From: Nitrososphaeria archaeon
Lineage (GTDB): Archaea; Thermoproteota; Nitrososphaeria; Nitrososphaerales; JAAOZN01
Assembly: GCA_029775855.1 (NCBI GenBank)
Contig: JARVJZ010000002.1
Span: 224,001 to 288,000 of the forward strand
Length of the DNA: 64,000 nucleotides
Direction: 5' to 3'
The translations under genes were made by a program, and so were the position numbers. The notes below the pieces were generated by a model that worked only from the letters and a program-made list of their open reading frames with translations, was not told where the DNA came from and did not search any database. Shown piece by piece: positions 38,920 to 47,930 of this stretch. The number at the start of each line of letters is the position of its first letter. The first letter of the stretch is position 1.

Positions 38920-40648
38920 TTACAATTGCTAGTAGCTCGATGAGAAGAATTTTACCTCCGTTTTTAGTTGCTTTGAACGCTTTATCAAATATTTTAGAGA
39001 ATTCATTCAGAATGTTGCTACCCATCACTTTTACTTGGGCATGAGTGACTTTAGTAGCAACAGTTGCTTCTGCTAATCTTTCGTTAGCCTTTTTTGCAAG
39101 CGTCCTTATAACATCCATTATCTCTTTTATTTCTGTAAGTTCTCCTAATGGTGAATAACCCAATGGTGTGCGGGCTTTACCTGATGCGAAGTGTGTATCG
39201 CTTGTGCAGATTTCTACAACATTTACATCATCAAGCCCAAGACCGTTCACCACCTTATCTCTTAACCCTTTAACGGCATTATTAGCATCCACGCTAACCA
39301 GCAGAAACTTCTTACCGCCAACCTCCAGAAGCAAAACACCAATCCCACCAGCACCAACATCTTGCTTGAATTTAAAGTCAAATTCAGATGAGTGGCTGAA
39401 ACCAACCTTGAAAGGATACTTTGGCGAAACGCTTAACTTCTGCAGCAATCTTCTTGAAGCTTCAACTATATCGTTGAGTTCATCATCACTATTGCTCTCA
39501 CCTTGAGAGTTGTGTGCATCGACGACAATCAACTCTTGAAAGCCTAGTTCAGATGCAGCATCTTTAATCCTATTGCCTACTTGAGGGGGAAAATCCTCCA
39601 TGCCTTCTGGCGCAAGAGTTATTGTGAGCAAAGCGGTTTTATTGAAGGCTATGCCATTGACAGTAGCTTTACCATAACTAGTTGTAAGAAACTCTGTGCA
39701 GACATTAGAGCTACTTAAAGTCTCAAATTTATCGAGACTCTTTAGAAGAAGATTCACATTTCTTTTTGAAGGAAGATTTAGATCGTGGCTTGAGAAGCTA
39801 TGCAAAATTAAAGGGGCATATCTATCTGATAACCACTTCTGCATTTCATAAGGTATATTGCTGCTACCTACATTTGCAAAGGGGCCGGGATGAACATCTG
39901 ACACCACAATCGCTATATTGACATGGCTATTATTAAATGAGAGTAGATAAGTCTTAATCTGCGTTTCTTCACTTCTCTCCTCGATTATACGCTCTAAAAG
40001 ATCGGGTTTATCAGCCGCCCAAGCTTCTAAAAAAGCGCGCAATATTTTCAACGAGCGCATACTACTGTTTCCTGTCGCCCGATCTACAAAGAATAGATAG
40101 GCGCCTACAGAGGCTGCAAAAAGAAAACCAATTAGAAAGGATGCTGAATTAGAATAAAATATTGGTGGTGTGTAAGACGCAATTAATAGGAAGAGGAGGA
40201 GAGGTTGCAAAACCGCCGCAATTACTCCTGTGAAGGCGCCACCACATACAGCAGCAACAATAATTAATATACGGAAAGCTACTGAGACAAAGAAACCTAA
40301 TATTAGAAATGAGGTGAAAGCGTTAGGTAACCAAAAAGACAAAACTAACCCTAACATAGATAATCCAAGCCAACATCCATTAGCTACATACGAGATTGCC
40401 ATAAGCCTTCTAACAGTAGCAAGAGGGAAAACAGCGAGTAAAGCTCTCTCCAGCAAAAAGCTTACCAAAAGAACAAGCACACTGAAAGCCACCAAATAAA
40501 TTGATTCAAAGCCTAAAGAGAGTTTTATACTAACTAAAAAAGCAAGTAAAGCAGCTACTAAGCTGCTTATAGTAGCCGACGCTCTTGTGGAAGGTAGCCT
40601 AAAAAGTAGCTTATACCTCCGCTGCAAATTGGAGGTAGCGTTCAACAA
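38900..40648 (-). CDS. DUF2070 family membrane protein
   Basis: N-terminal multi-TM region plus HPGPF, SHDLN, DAHN, DANN and TSDTH motifs. Confidence 0.88.
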   Translation of the reverse strand: MLNATSNLQRRYKLLFRLPSTRASATISSLVAALLAFLVSIKLSLGFESIYLVAFSVLVLLVSFLLERALLAVFPLATVRRLMAISYVANGCWLGLSMLGLVLSFWLPNAFTSFLILGFFVSVAFRILIIVAAVCGGAFTGVIAAVLQPLLLFLLIASYTPPIFYSNSASFLIGFLFAASVGAYLFFVDRATGNSSMRSLKILRAFLEAWAADKPDLLERIIEERSEETQIKTYLLSFNNSHVNIAIVVSDVHPGPFANVGSSNIPYEMQKWLSDRYAPLILHSFSSHDLNLPSKRNVNLLLKSLDKFETLSSSNVCTEFLTTSYGKATVNGIAFNKTALLTITLAPEGMEDFPPQVGNRIKDAASELGFQELIVVDAHNSQGESNSDDELNDIVEASRRLLQKLSVSPKYPFKVGFSHSSEFDFKFKQDVGAGGIGVLLLEVGGKKFLLVSVDANNAVKGLRDKVVNGLGLDDVNVVEICTSDTHFASGKARTPLGYSPLGELTEIKEIMDVIRTLAKKANERLAEATVATKVTHAQVKVMGSNILNEFSKIFDKAFKATKNGGKILLIELLAIVIIVSLI

Positions 40649-40660
40649 AGGCCCCTTTTA

Positions 40661-40831
40661 TTAAGATGGTAGAAGAAATCGTATCAAGAGAGAAATAACG
40701 ATTAGAGCAGCTGCCATCGCAATTACCAACTCTGGTCTAACCTTAATACCTTTAGTTTCATCTTCAAAGAACCTTAGCAACCCTGCGCTTGATGCGGGAA
40801 GAGGGGCTTGCTTCTTTTTACTTTGGCTCAT
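40661..40831 (-). CDS. secG: Preprotein translocase subunit Sec61-beta (SecG)
   Basis: Not in the ORF track. MSQSKKKQAPLPASSAGLLRFFEDETKGIKVRPELVIAMAAALIVISLLIRFLLPS carries the AGLLRFF-E motif plus one TM helix. Confidence 0.93.
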   Translation of the reverse strand: MSQSKKKQAPLPASSAGLLRFFEDETKGIKVRPELVIAMAAALIVISLLIRFLLPS

Positions 40832-40998
40832 GCTTAACACCTAGACTAGAACCAACACCAAAAGTAGCGCTTAAAATATCTTTCTACTAAACGCCTAAAG
40901 CCGCAGGTAGACAGCATAATTTACTCATACTACAGCGGGTAAAAACCATCCAAAACTTGAAGACAAAGACTAAAAACTTAAAACTGATAATATAAGTA

Positions 40999-42330
40999 GT
41001 GGTACCTGAATTGTCCAACACACCTCACTACTATTATAATGAGGTTCTCAGACTACTTAAAGAACATCAAACATGGTTTTCAGAAAGCATACCCCTAATC
41101 GCAAGCGAGAATATACCTTCCCCCGCAGTAAGAGAAGCAATCGTAAGCGATTTTGGTAATAGATACGCCGAAGGCTGGCCTGGAGAAAGAGTTTATGCTG
41201 GTTGCATCTACATAGATCAAGTTGAGAATATTTGTATAGAATTAGCAAAACAGCTCTTTAGATCGGAGTTCGCTGATGTTCGCCCCGTCTCTGGGGTTTG
41301 CGCTAACCTTTCAGTATATTCAGCGTTTACAGAACCTAACGACATTATGCTCACCTTAGCCATACCCAATGGAGGACACATATCCATGGGCCGCAAGGAA
41401 CTTTTTGGTACAGCAGGCTTAGTTCACGGGCTAAGGGTTACTTACTATCCTTTTAATAAAGATGAGATGAACATAGATGTGGATGAAACCAAAAAGAACA
41501 TTGAAGAGATGATTAAAAAAGGCGAAAAACCTAAATTAGCTATGTTAGGCGGAAGCCTAATTCTCTTTCCTCAACCAGTAAGAGAGTTATCAACCATTCT
41601 ACATCAATATGACATATTAGTTTGCTATGACGCTGCACACGTTGCTGGACTCATAGCAGGAGGACAGTTCCAAGATCCACTCAGAGAAGGAGCAGACATA
41701 ATGACCCTAAGCACACACAAAACTCTTTTTGGGCCACAAGGCGGAGCTATAGTTTCATTCTTAAAATTTGCTGAAAAGATCAAAAAGGCTGTGTTTCCAG
41801 GGAATACAAGTAACCATCATCTTCACCATGTGGCTGGAAAAGCAATAGCCTTTGCTGAAATGCTTGAGTTTGGTTCAGCATACGCGTCGCAAGTAGTTAA
41901 GAACGCGAAGGCGTTGGCTCAAGCACTTTACGATAAAGGTTTAGATGTTTTAGGAGCAGAAAAGGGTTTCACTAAATCACATCAAATAGCTCTAGATGTA
42001 ACCAAACACGGAGATGGGGGCACCCTAGAGAAACAACTCGAAGCATGCAACATAATAGTCAACCGGCAGCTAATCCCGGGAGATATCAAAGCTGGCAGAA
42101 ACTATATGCATCCAGGTGGCCTCAGATTGGGTGTATCTGAGGTTACTAGGCTTGGCATGCGGGAAGGAGAAATGCAGGAGATCGCTGAGTTCATAAAGAT
42201 GGTGGTAGTGGATAAGGCAGACTTGCATTTAGTCCGTGAAAAAGTTAGGGAGTTTAGAAGAAACTACCAACGTGTTCACTATGCATTTGAAAGCGAAAGA
42301 GAAGCTTATGCTTACATCAAGATAAGGTAG
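40999..42330 (+). CDS. glyA: Serine hydroxymethyltransferase
   Basis: LIASEN, YAEG, GGHIS, DAAHVAGLIAG and STHKTLFGPQGG motifs. Confidence 0.97.
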   Translation: MVPELSNTPHYYYNEVLRLLKEHQTWFSESIPLIASENIPSPAVREAIVSDFGNRYAEGWPGERVYAGCIYIDQVENICIELAKQLFRSEFADVRPVSGVCANLSVYSAFTEPNDIMLTLAIPNGGHISMGRKELFGTAGLVHGLRVTYYPFNKDEMNIDVDETKKNIEEMIKKGEKPKLAMLGGSLILFPQPVRELSTILHQYDILVCYDAAHVAGLIAGGQFQDPLREGADIMTLSTHKTLFGPQGGAIVSFLKFAEKIKKAVFPGNTSNHHLHHVAGKAIAFAEMLEFGSAYASQVVKNAKALAQALYDKGLDVLGAEKGFTKSHQIALDVTKHGDGGTLEKQLEACNIIVNRQLIPGDIKAGRNYMHPGGLRLGVSEVTRLGMREGEMQEIAEFIKMVVVDKADLHLVREKVREFRRNYQRVHYAFESEREAYAYIKIR

Positions 42331-42333
42331 AGA

Positions 42334-45300
42334 TTATTCAGAGTTTATGTAATCGAGAAGATCGGATTGTATGTAGTTGTGTTTGGTGCCAAAGAGGTCT
42401 TCTAACTCCTTGATTAATATATTGAATCGCATCTTCAAGTACTCTTCGACATCAAATTTATTAAGCATCTTTGCTGCTATATCAACATACTTTTCGATAG
42501 AGTTTTGACTTACTGTAGATAAGAGCGAATCGCCACAGATTAGACAAGAACCTCTTAAGGGTATACGCCGAAAACTTTCGCCACATCTTCTGCACCTAAA
42601 TTTTTGAGTGGTGTATGCGTTTAAGTTTCCTTGAATATCTCGTAGTATGTGAGTTTTAAGTACTGAAGCGATCACAGTAGATGGGTCTACGGCTTTAATT
42701 AAGGTGGCTAACTCAACTTGCTTCTCTAGCTTTTCGACTATGCTTTTAAGAGTAGAGTATGAACTTCTAGCTCTTTTTATAACAAGGTGTTGTGTACTAT
42801 GAGTAAATTGAAAACCTTCGTACTGCTCTTTTTTATTTAACCTATTTTTTACGATATCTATTATATTCGCAATAGCTTGAGGCATTTCTCTTCTAAGTGT
42901 AGCTTCGTAAAACGCTAGTGGATATTGCGCTGCGCAATCAAAGTTATGAGCTTGTCTTTGAATCTCTCGAGGCAGTATTATAGGTTGTAGAAGTAAAGGT
43001 GCATCCATTAACCCACCGATTTGCTCTGGTAGAAACTCTTTTGAGAAGTTTATAAGTAGATCAAGTAAAAGCATTATGCTGTCTCCGTCTCCATCACAAT
43101 CACGCCTCTTTGCAGAATGCCAAAATGGGTGAGCGTAGCAGACTTGCGTTTTAGTAAAACCTATTACTCTACCTAGAACCCCAACAGAGGTATGAGGGGC
43201 GAGTCCAACAATTAAGCATCCTATAAGATCCTCTTTATCTTTAAAGTTATAGACTGGGTTTAATCCATATAGTTTGATAAGCATTTCATCAACAAATTTT
43301 GATACAGATAATAGATGATCCGCAGCGTCTATAGGTATAACAACATCTTGCACAAATAGTTCTAATATCTGCTCACCATCCTCAAGAGGGCGCCCGTGAA
43401 TATCAGTTGCATACCCAAGCTCCTTTAACTTTTCGACTGAAGCGCCTATTTGATTAGGTTTAAAGTGCGTTAATGAAGCGTTTGTCGCATCGAACCGAAT
43501 TGTACCATCTTTATACACAGATAGATTATACTTCTGCCTGAGAATACCTTTCCTTATGTCTTCTGGAACTCTTGTAAAGTTCATAAGCGATTTAACACCC
43601 TTTAAAGGCGAGTTTGCTTTACACATAAGACTCTCTTCTGCTCTCTTTAACTCTTCTTTAATAGGGTAGGCTGTAGTTTTGTAAGGCACACCACTTAACC
43701 TACAGATTGGACACACTTCACCTTGGAAGAAGCGTCCACAATTAGGGCAGGTTCTAATAATCTTAACAGCAACACCACATACTCGGCAAAGTGCTGAAAG
43801 TGATGGTTGACCACAGTTTTCACATACAGCATTTATCAGTTCTATATACAGAGTATCTTTACTCGCAGCTTCAACTATATCCCTTTTAGTTCCTCCTTGC
43901 TCGCCAACGGGAAACAGTACATGAACAGGGGGTTTCATCTTTCTCATAATAGCCTTCTCCGGTCTACCTACTCTAACGCCCACAAACCATGAAGACTTTT
44001 GCCTAATTTTAACACCTGCACATTTAGATAGAAAGGATAGTGTGTCTTCCCAGCCTGTAAGATCTATCTGCTTATCTAACCTTAAAGTACGCTTAAGCGC
44101 TTCGGCGTCTTCACCCTTGACCACCCAACCTTTCTCACTAAATTCATGAGGAACTCCAAGGGTCTCTAGAATTTGCTTTACTTCTTTGTCTTCTAATTTA
44201 AAATAACAAGATTCGTCATCAAAATTTAATGCGCTTCTCAGTTTAAAAACATCTTTAAGTTGAATAAGGTCCCAAAAATACAAATACTTTGGGTGGAGAG
44301 GTATGTCGAGTTGCTCACTAAGCTTAAAAGCAGTCTTACAAGTTATTCTCGTTTCTAAAGGCTTATTTATAAGTGCGTTTAGAAACTGCTCATCTAATCC
44401 AATCATTCTACTGCATTCAGAAATTTTCCCAAACCTTTCCATAATTTGCTTCTTTAACTCCTGAGCCCACCACTCCTCAACATAACAAGAAGGGATTAAA
44501 CGCGCATTGTTTTCCAAAAAGTCGCCGAAGCTTATCAATATGTCACCAAGATAAAGAATGGAGCGGAGGCTACTTCTAATTTGATTAGCAGACTCAACAC
44601 TCTCAACTCTAACAACAGAGCCATCGTTAAGTTTCACTATAGGAGGCTCTAACTGATCCACAAAAGCTACAGTAGCAGCCTTACCAGGCACATCCAGCTT
44701 AACTTGAGTCCCTACAACTACTGCATAATCTACTAATACTGGAACTGCAGGATGCATACCTACTACAGAGAAACCTGTGTTGTAGCATCGGCCATACCTA
44801 AGCCTGAATCCTCCAACTTTATTGGGGAATGAAAGGGCAGGTCTACCAGCTATTATTTCGTGGAAGTGTGAGGATTCTGCTCGGGATTCTTCAACATCGC
44901 GTTGTACACCACCCTTCAACTTACTTAACCAATCCCATCCTGGTATAGCTAGCGTATTGACTAATTTGGCTAGCTTCCTTCCACGCCCTATGATGCCGTC
45001 GTTAAGTACTCTAAGTGCACCGCCTCTGACTCTATCTGTTTCTATGCGTCTCATTCCACGATGTACAACGACTTCAACTGGATCGGTTTCAACGCCGTTA
45101 ATTTCAACAGGTAGATTGCTGATCGCTAATTGTATATCTTCATCACTAACTTTGAACTGAAAGTTTCCAACTTCACGCTCATATATTCTAAGCTCCTCTA
45201 TAAATCGCCCTACTTCATCCTCGCCCCAACAGTTGCATCTATAGCGATCTAAACCAAGCTTTATCCTTAACCTGTCAGCTAAAACAACAGTAAATGCAGC

Positions 45301-45795
45301 TTCAGTGCCGCCAGCTGAACGAATGGGGCCTGCGAAGTAAATTGAAGCATAGTTTGATCCATCTTCATTCTTTTTTATCTTCACCGAAGAGATCCCCTGT
45401 AAGGGTGCTACAGTCACACCCTCTGTAACAACGGCTAAGCCTACTCTAACACCCCAATCTAACGCCTCTTCTTTCTCAAAAAATCCAAATTTACCTAGAG
45501 CAACCTCTTCAGCCAAAATAAGCGCAGCTCTATCACTACTACCTTCTGACTCAAGCAGTTCCCTAAGCCTCTCACTAACCTTAATTCCTAAAAGAAGTTC
45601 AACGCGATCCGCTAAGTCATAAGCCAAAATAGACTCGACAGAAGTTGAAGGATCAAACCCTTTTGCTCTAGCCTTTAAAGCCACTTCATTTAGCTTCTTA
45701 AATTCAATTAACAACTGCTCCTGAAATTTCTTTTGCCTATCAGACATGGCGCCTCTAACATATTCTTTATTGAGCACATCTTCTTGTGACATCAT
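42334..45795 (-). CDS. polC: DNA polymerase D large subunit DP2 (no intein evident)
   Basis: AGPIRSAGGT, RVGRPEKA, KDGTIRFD, GLAPHTS, HSAKRRDCDGDGD, Zn fingers and a C-terminal PIP box QSDLLDYI. Confidence 0.97.
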   Translation of the reverse strand: MMSQEDVLNKEYVRGAMSDRQKKFQEQLLIEFKKLNEVALKARAKGFDPSTSVESILAYDLADRVELLLGIKVSERLRELLESEGSSDRAALILAEEVALGKFGFFEKEEALDWGVRVGLAVVTEGVTVAPLQGISSVKIKKNEDGSNYASIYFAGPIRSAGGTEAAFTVVLADRLRIKLGLDRYRCNCWGEDEVGRFIEELRIYEREVGNFQFKVSDEDIQLAISNLPVEINGVETDPVEVVVHRGMRRIETDRVRGGALRVLNDGIIGRGRKLAKLVNTLAIPGWDWLSKLKGGVQRDVEESRAESSHFHEIIAGRPALSFPNKVGGFRLRYGRCYNTGFSVVGMHPAVPVLVDYAVVVGTQVKLDVPGKAATVAFVDQLEPPIVKLNDGSVVRVESVESANQIRSSLRSILYLGDILISFGDFLENNARLIPSCYVEEWWAQELKKQIMERFGKISECSRMIGLDEQFLNALINKPLETRITCKTAFKLSEQLDIPLHPKYLYFWDLIQLKDVFKLRSALNFDDESCYFKLEDKEVKQILETLGVPHEFSEKGWVVKGEDAEALKRTLRLDKQIDLTGWEDTLSFLSKCAGVKIRQKSSWFVGVRVGRPEKAIMRKMKPPVHVLFPVGEQGGTKRDIVEAASKDTLYIELINAVCENCGQPSLSALCRVCGVAVKIIRTCPNCGRFFQGEVCPICRLSGVPYKTTAYPIKEELKRAEESLMCKANSPLKGVKSLMNFTRVPEDIRKGILRQKYNLSVYKDGTIRFDATNASLTHFKPNQIGASVEKLKELGYATDIHGRPLEDGEQILELFVQDVVIPIDAADHLLSVSKFVDEMLIKLYGLNPVYNFKDKEDLIGCLIVGLAPHTSVGVLGRVIGFTKTQVCYAHPFWHSAKRRDCDGDGDSIMLLLDLLINFSKEFLPEQIGGLMDAPLLLQPIILPREIQRQAHNFDCAAQYPLAFYEATLRREMPQAIANIIDIVKNRLNKKEQYEGFQFTHSTQHLVIKRARSSYSTLKSIVEKLEKQVELATLIKAVDPSTVIASVLKTHILRDIQGNLNAYTTQKFRCRRCGESFRRIPLRGSCLICGDSLLSTVSQNSIEKYVDIAAKMLNKFDVEEYLKMRFNILIKELEDLFGTKHNYIQSDLLDYINSE

Positions 45796-45806
45796 GTGAT
45801 ATCACA
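45795..45806. repeat. Palindrome TGTGATATCACA, copy 1
   Basis: Perfect 12-bp palindrome overlapping the GGGPS stop and DP2 start; a degenerate copy TGTGACATCA is adjacent at 45785-45794. Confidence 0.92.
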
Positions 45807-46563
45807 ATGCCTTAGCAGATTCGGCAGCGTTCACAATTTTGCTTAAAAGTTTCCTACCATCCTTTGACTCAAGCAGAGTGCCAATAACTAAGATATCGGC
45901 TCCGCATTTAACTAACTCTTCAGCAATTTCAGGCTTTGTTATTCCACCGCCAACGATTAGTACGCCGTCGTAGACTTTTCTAACAGCTTGAACCATTTGT
46001 GATGATACATGTGATATCACACCTGAACCAGCTTCAAGATATAGAAAGCGCATACCCAAATATTGACTAGCTAAAGCGTACATGGCTGCTATTTCTGGCT
46101 TTGAATTCGGAATACCTCTAGCTTTACCTATAAACCCAGCTGCGCCTCCTTCGCCAACTATAAGATAAGCCATCGGAATAGCTTCTAATCCGTACTTTTT
46201 AACTAGTAACGCGCCTAAAGCTTGAGCTTCGGTTATAAAGTAGGTATTCTCAGAGTTCAGGAGCGAGCTAAATAAAATAGCATCTGCACTAGGCACGACA
46301 CTATTAACATTACTTGGAAAGATTATAACAGGCTTTGCTACAGCTTTCTTTATCGCTCTTACGACCTTATCTAATTCTAGCTGATCCATTGCTGTAGAGC
46401 CGCCTACAAGTATCGCAGCCACGCCAGCTTTGTCTGCTTCCTTAGCCATCTTAGCAGCTTCTTGTTCGGTAAGACCTTCTGAGTCTATTAATCCGAAGCA
46501 GATAGCACCTCTCTTCTTAATTTCGTTTTTAATAAGTTGCTCAACACTATACTTATTGGTCAC
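45802..46563 (-). CDS. Geranylgeranylglyceryl phosphate synthase
   Basis: ILVGGS, ADAILFSSLLNS, LYLEAGSG and VGGGI motifs. Confidence 0.93.
   Translation of the reverse strand: MTNKYSVEQLIKNEIKKRGAICFGLIDSEGLTEQEAAKMAKEADKAGVAAILVGGSTAMDQLELDKVVRAIKKAVAKPVIIFPSNVNSVVPSADAILFSSLLNSENTYFITEAQALGALLVKKYGLEAIPMAYLIVGEGGAAGFIGKARGIPNSKPEIAAMYALASQYLGMRFLYLEAGSGVISHVSSQMVQAVRKVYDGVLIVGGGITKPEIAEELVKCGADILVIGTLLESKDGRKLLSKIVNAAESAKAL
46010..46021. repeat. Palindrome TGTGATATCACA, copy 2
   Basis: Perfect copy inside the GGGPS coding sequence; half-site TGTGAT just upstream at about 45998. Confidence 0.92.
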
Positions 46564-46798
46564 TTTTGATCTTCCCCGCCATAAATTGATCTACAAATTC
46601 GTTGTAGATGTCTATTACTTCTTTTCGCCCAGTAAATTCATAGTCGCGCGTTAGCCTACAGTTCCCGCAGGAGATTAAAGCAAGGTGTTCACCTTTGAGT
46701 TTAACCCTGACGCCTGATACTCCACAGTTTGGGCAGGTAAATACTTTAGGCAGAGTTCTTCTTACTACCCTAATCACTTTTCTTCTTCGTCTACCCAA
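46553..46798 (-). CDS. elf1: Transcription elongation factor Elf1-like
   Basis: (M)GRRRRK...LPKVFTCPNCG...CGNC...IDIYNEFVD; likely start TTG 46798. Confidence 0.9.
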   Translation of the reverse strand: MGRRRRKVIRVVRRTLPKVFTCPNCGVSGVRVKLKGEHLALISCGNCRLTRDYEFTGRKEVIDIYNEFVDQFMAGKIKSDQ

Positions 46799-46865
46799 GT
46801 TGACCACTTAGTATAGGGCTTGCTATTTAAAAAGGTCACTTTTCCACTTGCAAACCATATCAATA

Positions 46866-46892
46866 AATATGTTTTGGTTAACGAAACATATT
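46866..46892. promoter_or_regulatory. Inverted repeat, candidate operator in a divergent promoter region
   Basis: AATATGTTT-tggttaacg-AAACATATT (9-bp perfect arms) between elf1 (-) and ORF 46965 (+). Confidence 0.5.
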
Positions 46893-46964
46893 ATTTCAGC
46901 AGTTTTCCTAAATGGAAAGGGGATGAGGAAAAAGAATAATTATACCATTCTGTATTAATGGGTT

Positions 46965-47366
46965 GTGCTTAAAATAATGCAACAAGAAAATAAGCTACTA
47001 CTCAGCCTAATTGAAGGTTCTACTCTCACAAATGCCCAAGTAGACACATTACTATGTGAAATAGAAGGTAAAGGTGCAGCAAAACAATTGAGAGAAAGGG
47101 CTGCCATGAGAGACAAAGAAAACATTACACTAGGCGCTTACTCAAGAACAAGAAAACAAGCATACATGAGAATCAGGAAGGTTCTAAAAACAGTACTTTT
47201 ACTATCGTATTTGGGCATCTTTTCACAAGACGGATTAAACACATTAGTAAAAGCAGCAGAATTAATAAGCAGAGTCAAAACAGCTAATCTAACTGATGAA
47301 GACATAATAAAATTAAACAAACTTATAGACGAAACATTAAGCAATCTAATTGTGATATCACAGTAA
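46965..47366 (+). CDS. Hypothetical origin-adjacent helical protein, possible HTH
   Basis: STLTNAQVDTL...RERAAMR...ITLGAYSRTRKQAYMRIRK resembles an HTH-type arrangement. Confidence 0.72.
   Translation: MLKIMQQENKLLLSLIEGSTLTNAQVDTLLCEIEGKGAAKQLRERAAMRDKENITLGAYSRTRKQAYMRIRKVLKTVLLLSYLGIFSQDGLNTLVKAAELISRVKTANLTDEDIIKLNKLIDETLSNLIVISQ
47351..47362. repeat. Palindrome TGTGATATCACA, copy 3
   Basis: Perfect copy in the last codons of ORF 46965-47366; two ATCACA half-sites follow at 47382-47394. Confidence 0.92.
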
Positions 47367-47396
47367 AGGTCATATACAAGCATCACATATCACAAA

Positions 47397-47930
47397 ATGA
47401 TGTTAGAACTAATAATAGCAAGCATAGCTTTACTATTAGCTATCGTCGCCCTATTTATCAACATAAAACGAAACCACAAGCAAAATAACGCAAACTATGA
47501 TGTGGTCTTGGCCCTTTCCGAGGAATATTCGCGAAGAATGAATAAGTTGGAAACTAGACTGGTTGATCTTCAAGTTAGATTGGATATTATAGAAACTAGG
47601 ATAGAGAAACCCACTCTTCATAGTGATGTAGAAGAAGTAAAGAAGATTAAAGGTTTCAATAATGTGATATCACAAAAGCCGCAAATTGATATCACAAAGT
47701 TTTCCAAGGGATTAAGTGAGTTTGAGTTGGCAGTACTTAGATGTGTTGCTGAAGGTGCGAAGACACCGAGTGAGGTTAAGGCTGTTGTTGGACATACCAG
47801 AGAGCATGTTGCTAGAGCGCTTAAAGATCTTTATGAGGAAGGTTTTCTTTTTAGGCAGGGTGGTAGACCATTTATTTATTCATTGTCTGATAAGGGTAGA
47901 GCTGTTCTTAGTGGGGATTCTCGTGCTTAA
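47397..47930 (+). CDS. Membrane-anchored coiled-coil/winged-helix protein
   Basis: N-terminal TM (LIIASIALLLAIVALFI), heptad region (MNKLETRLVDLQVRLDIIETRI), C-terminal wHTH (LSEFELAVL...TPSEVKAVVGHTREHVARALKDLYEEGFL...PFIYSLS). Confidence 0.8.
   Translation: MMLELIIASIALLLAIVALFINIKRNHKQNNANYDVVLALSEEYSRRMNKLETRLVDLQVRLDIIETRIEKPTLHSDVEEVKKIKGFNNVISQKPQIDITKFSKGLSEFELAVLRCVAEGAKTPSEVKAVVGHTREHVARALKDLYEEGFLFRQGGRPFIYSLSDKGRAVLSGDSRA
47663..47696. repeat. Palindrome TGTGATATCACA, copy 4 (47663-47674), plus a 10/12 copy (47685-47696)
   Basis: Both lie inside ORF 47397-47930, with starts 22 bp apart. Confidence 0.92.

Noticed and set aside
45785-47696. Palindrome array read as CRP or Rex boxes, or as a CRISPR array
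   Set aside because: CRP needs TGTGA-N6-TCACA and Rex TTGTGAA-N4-TTCACAA; here the spacer is 2 bp. The copies are short and irregularly spaced, and there are no cas genes.
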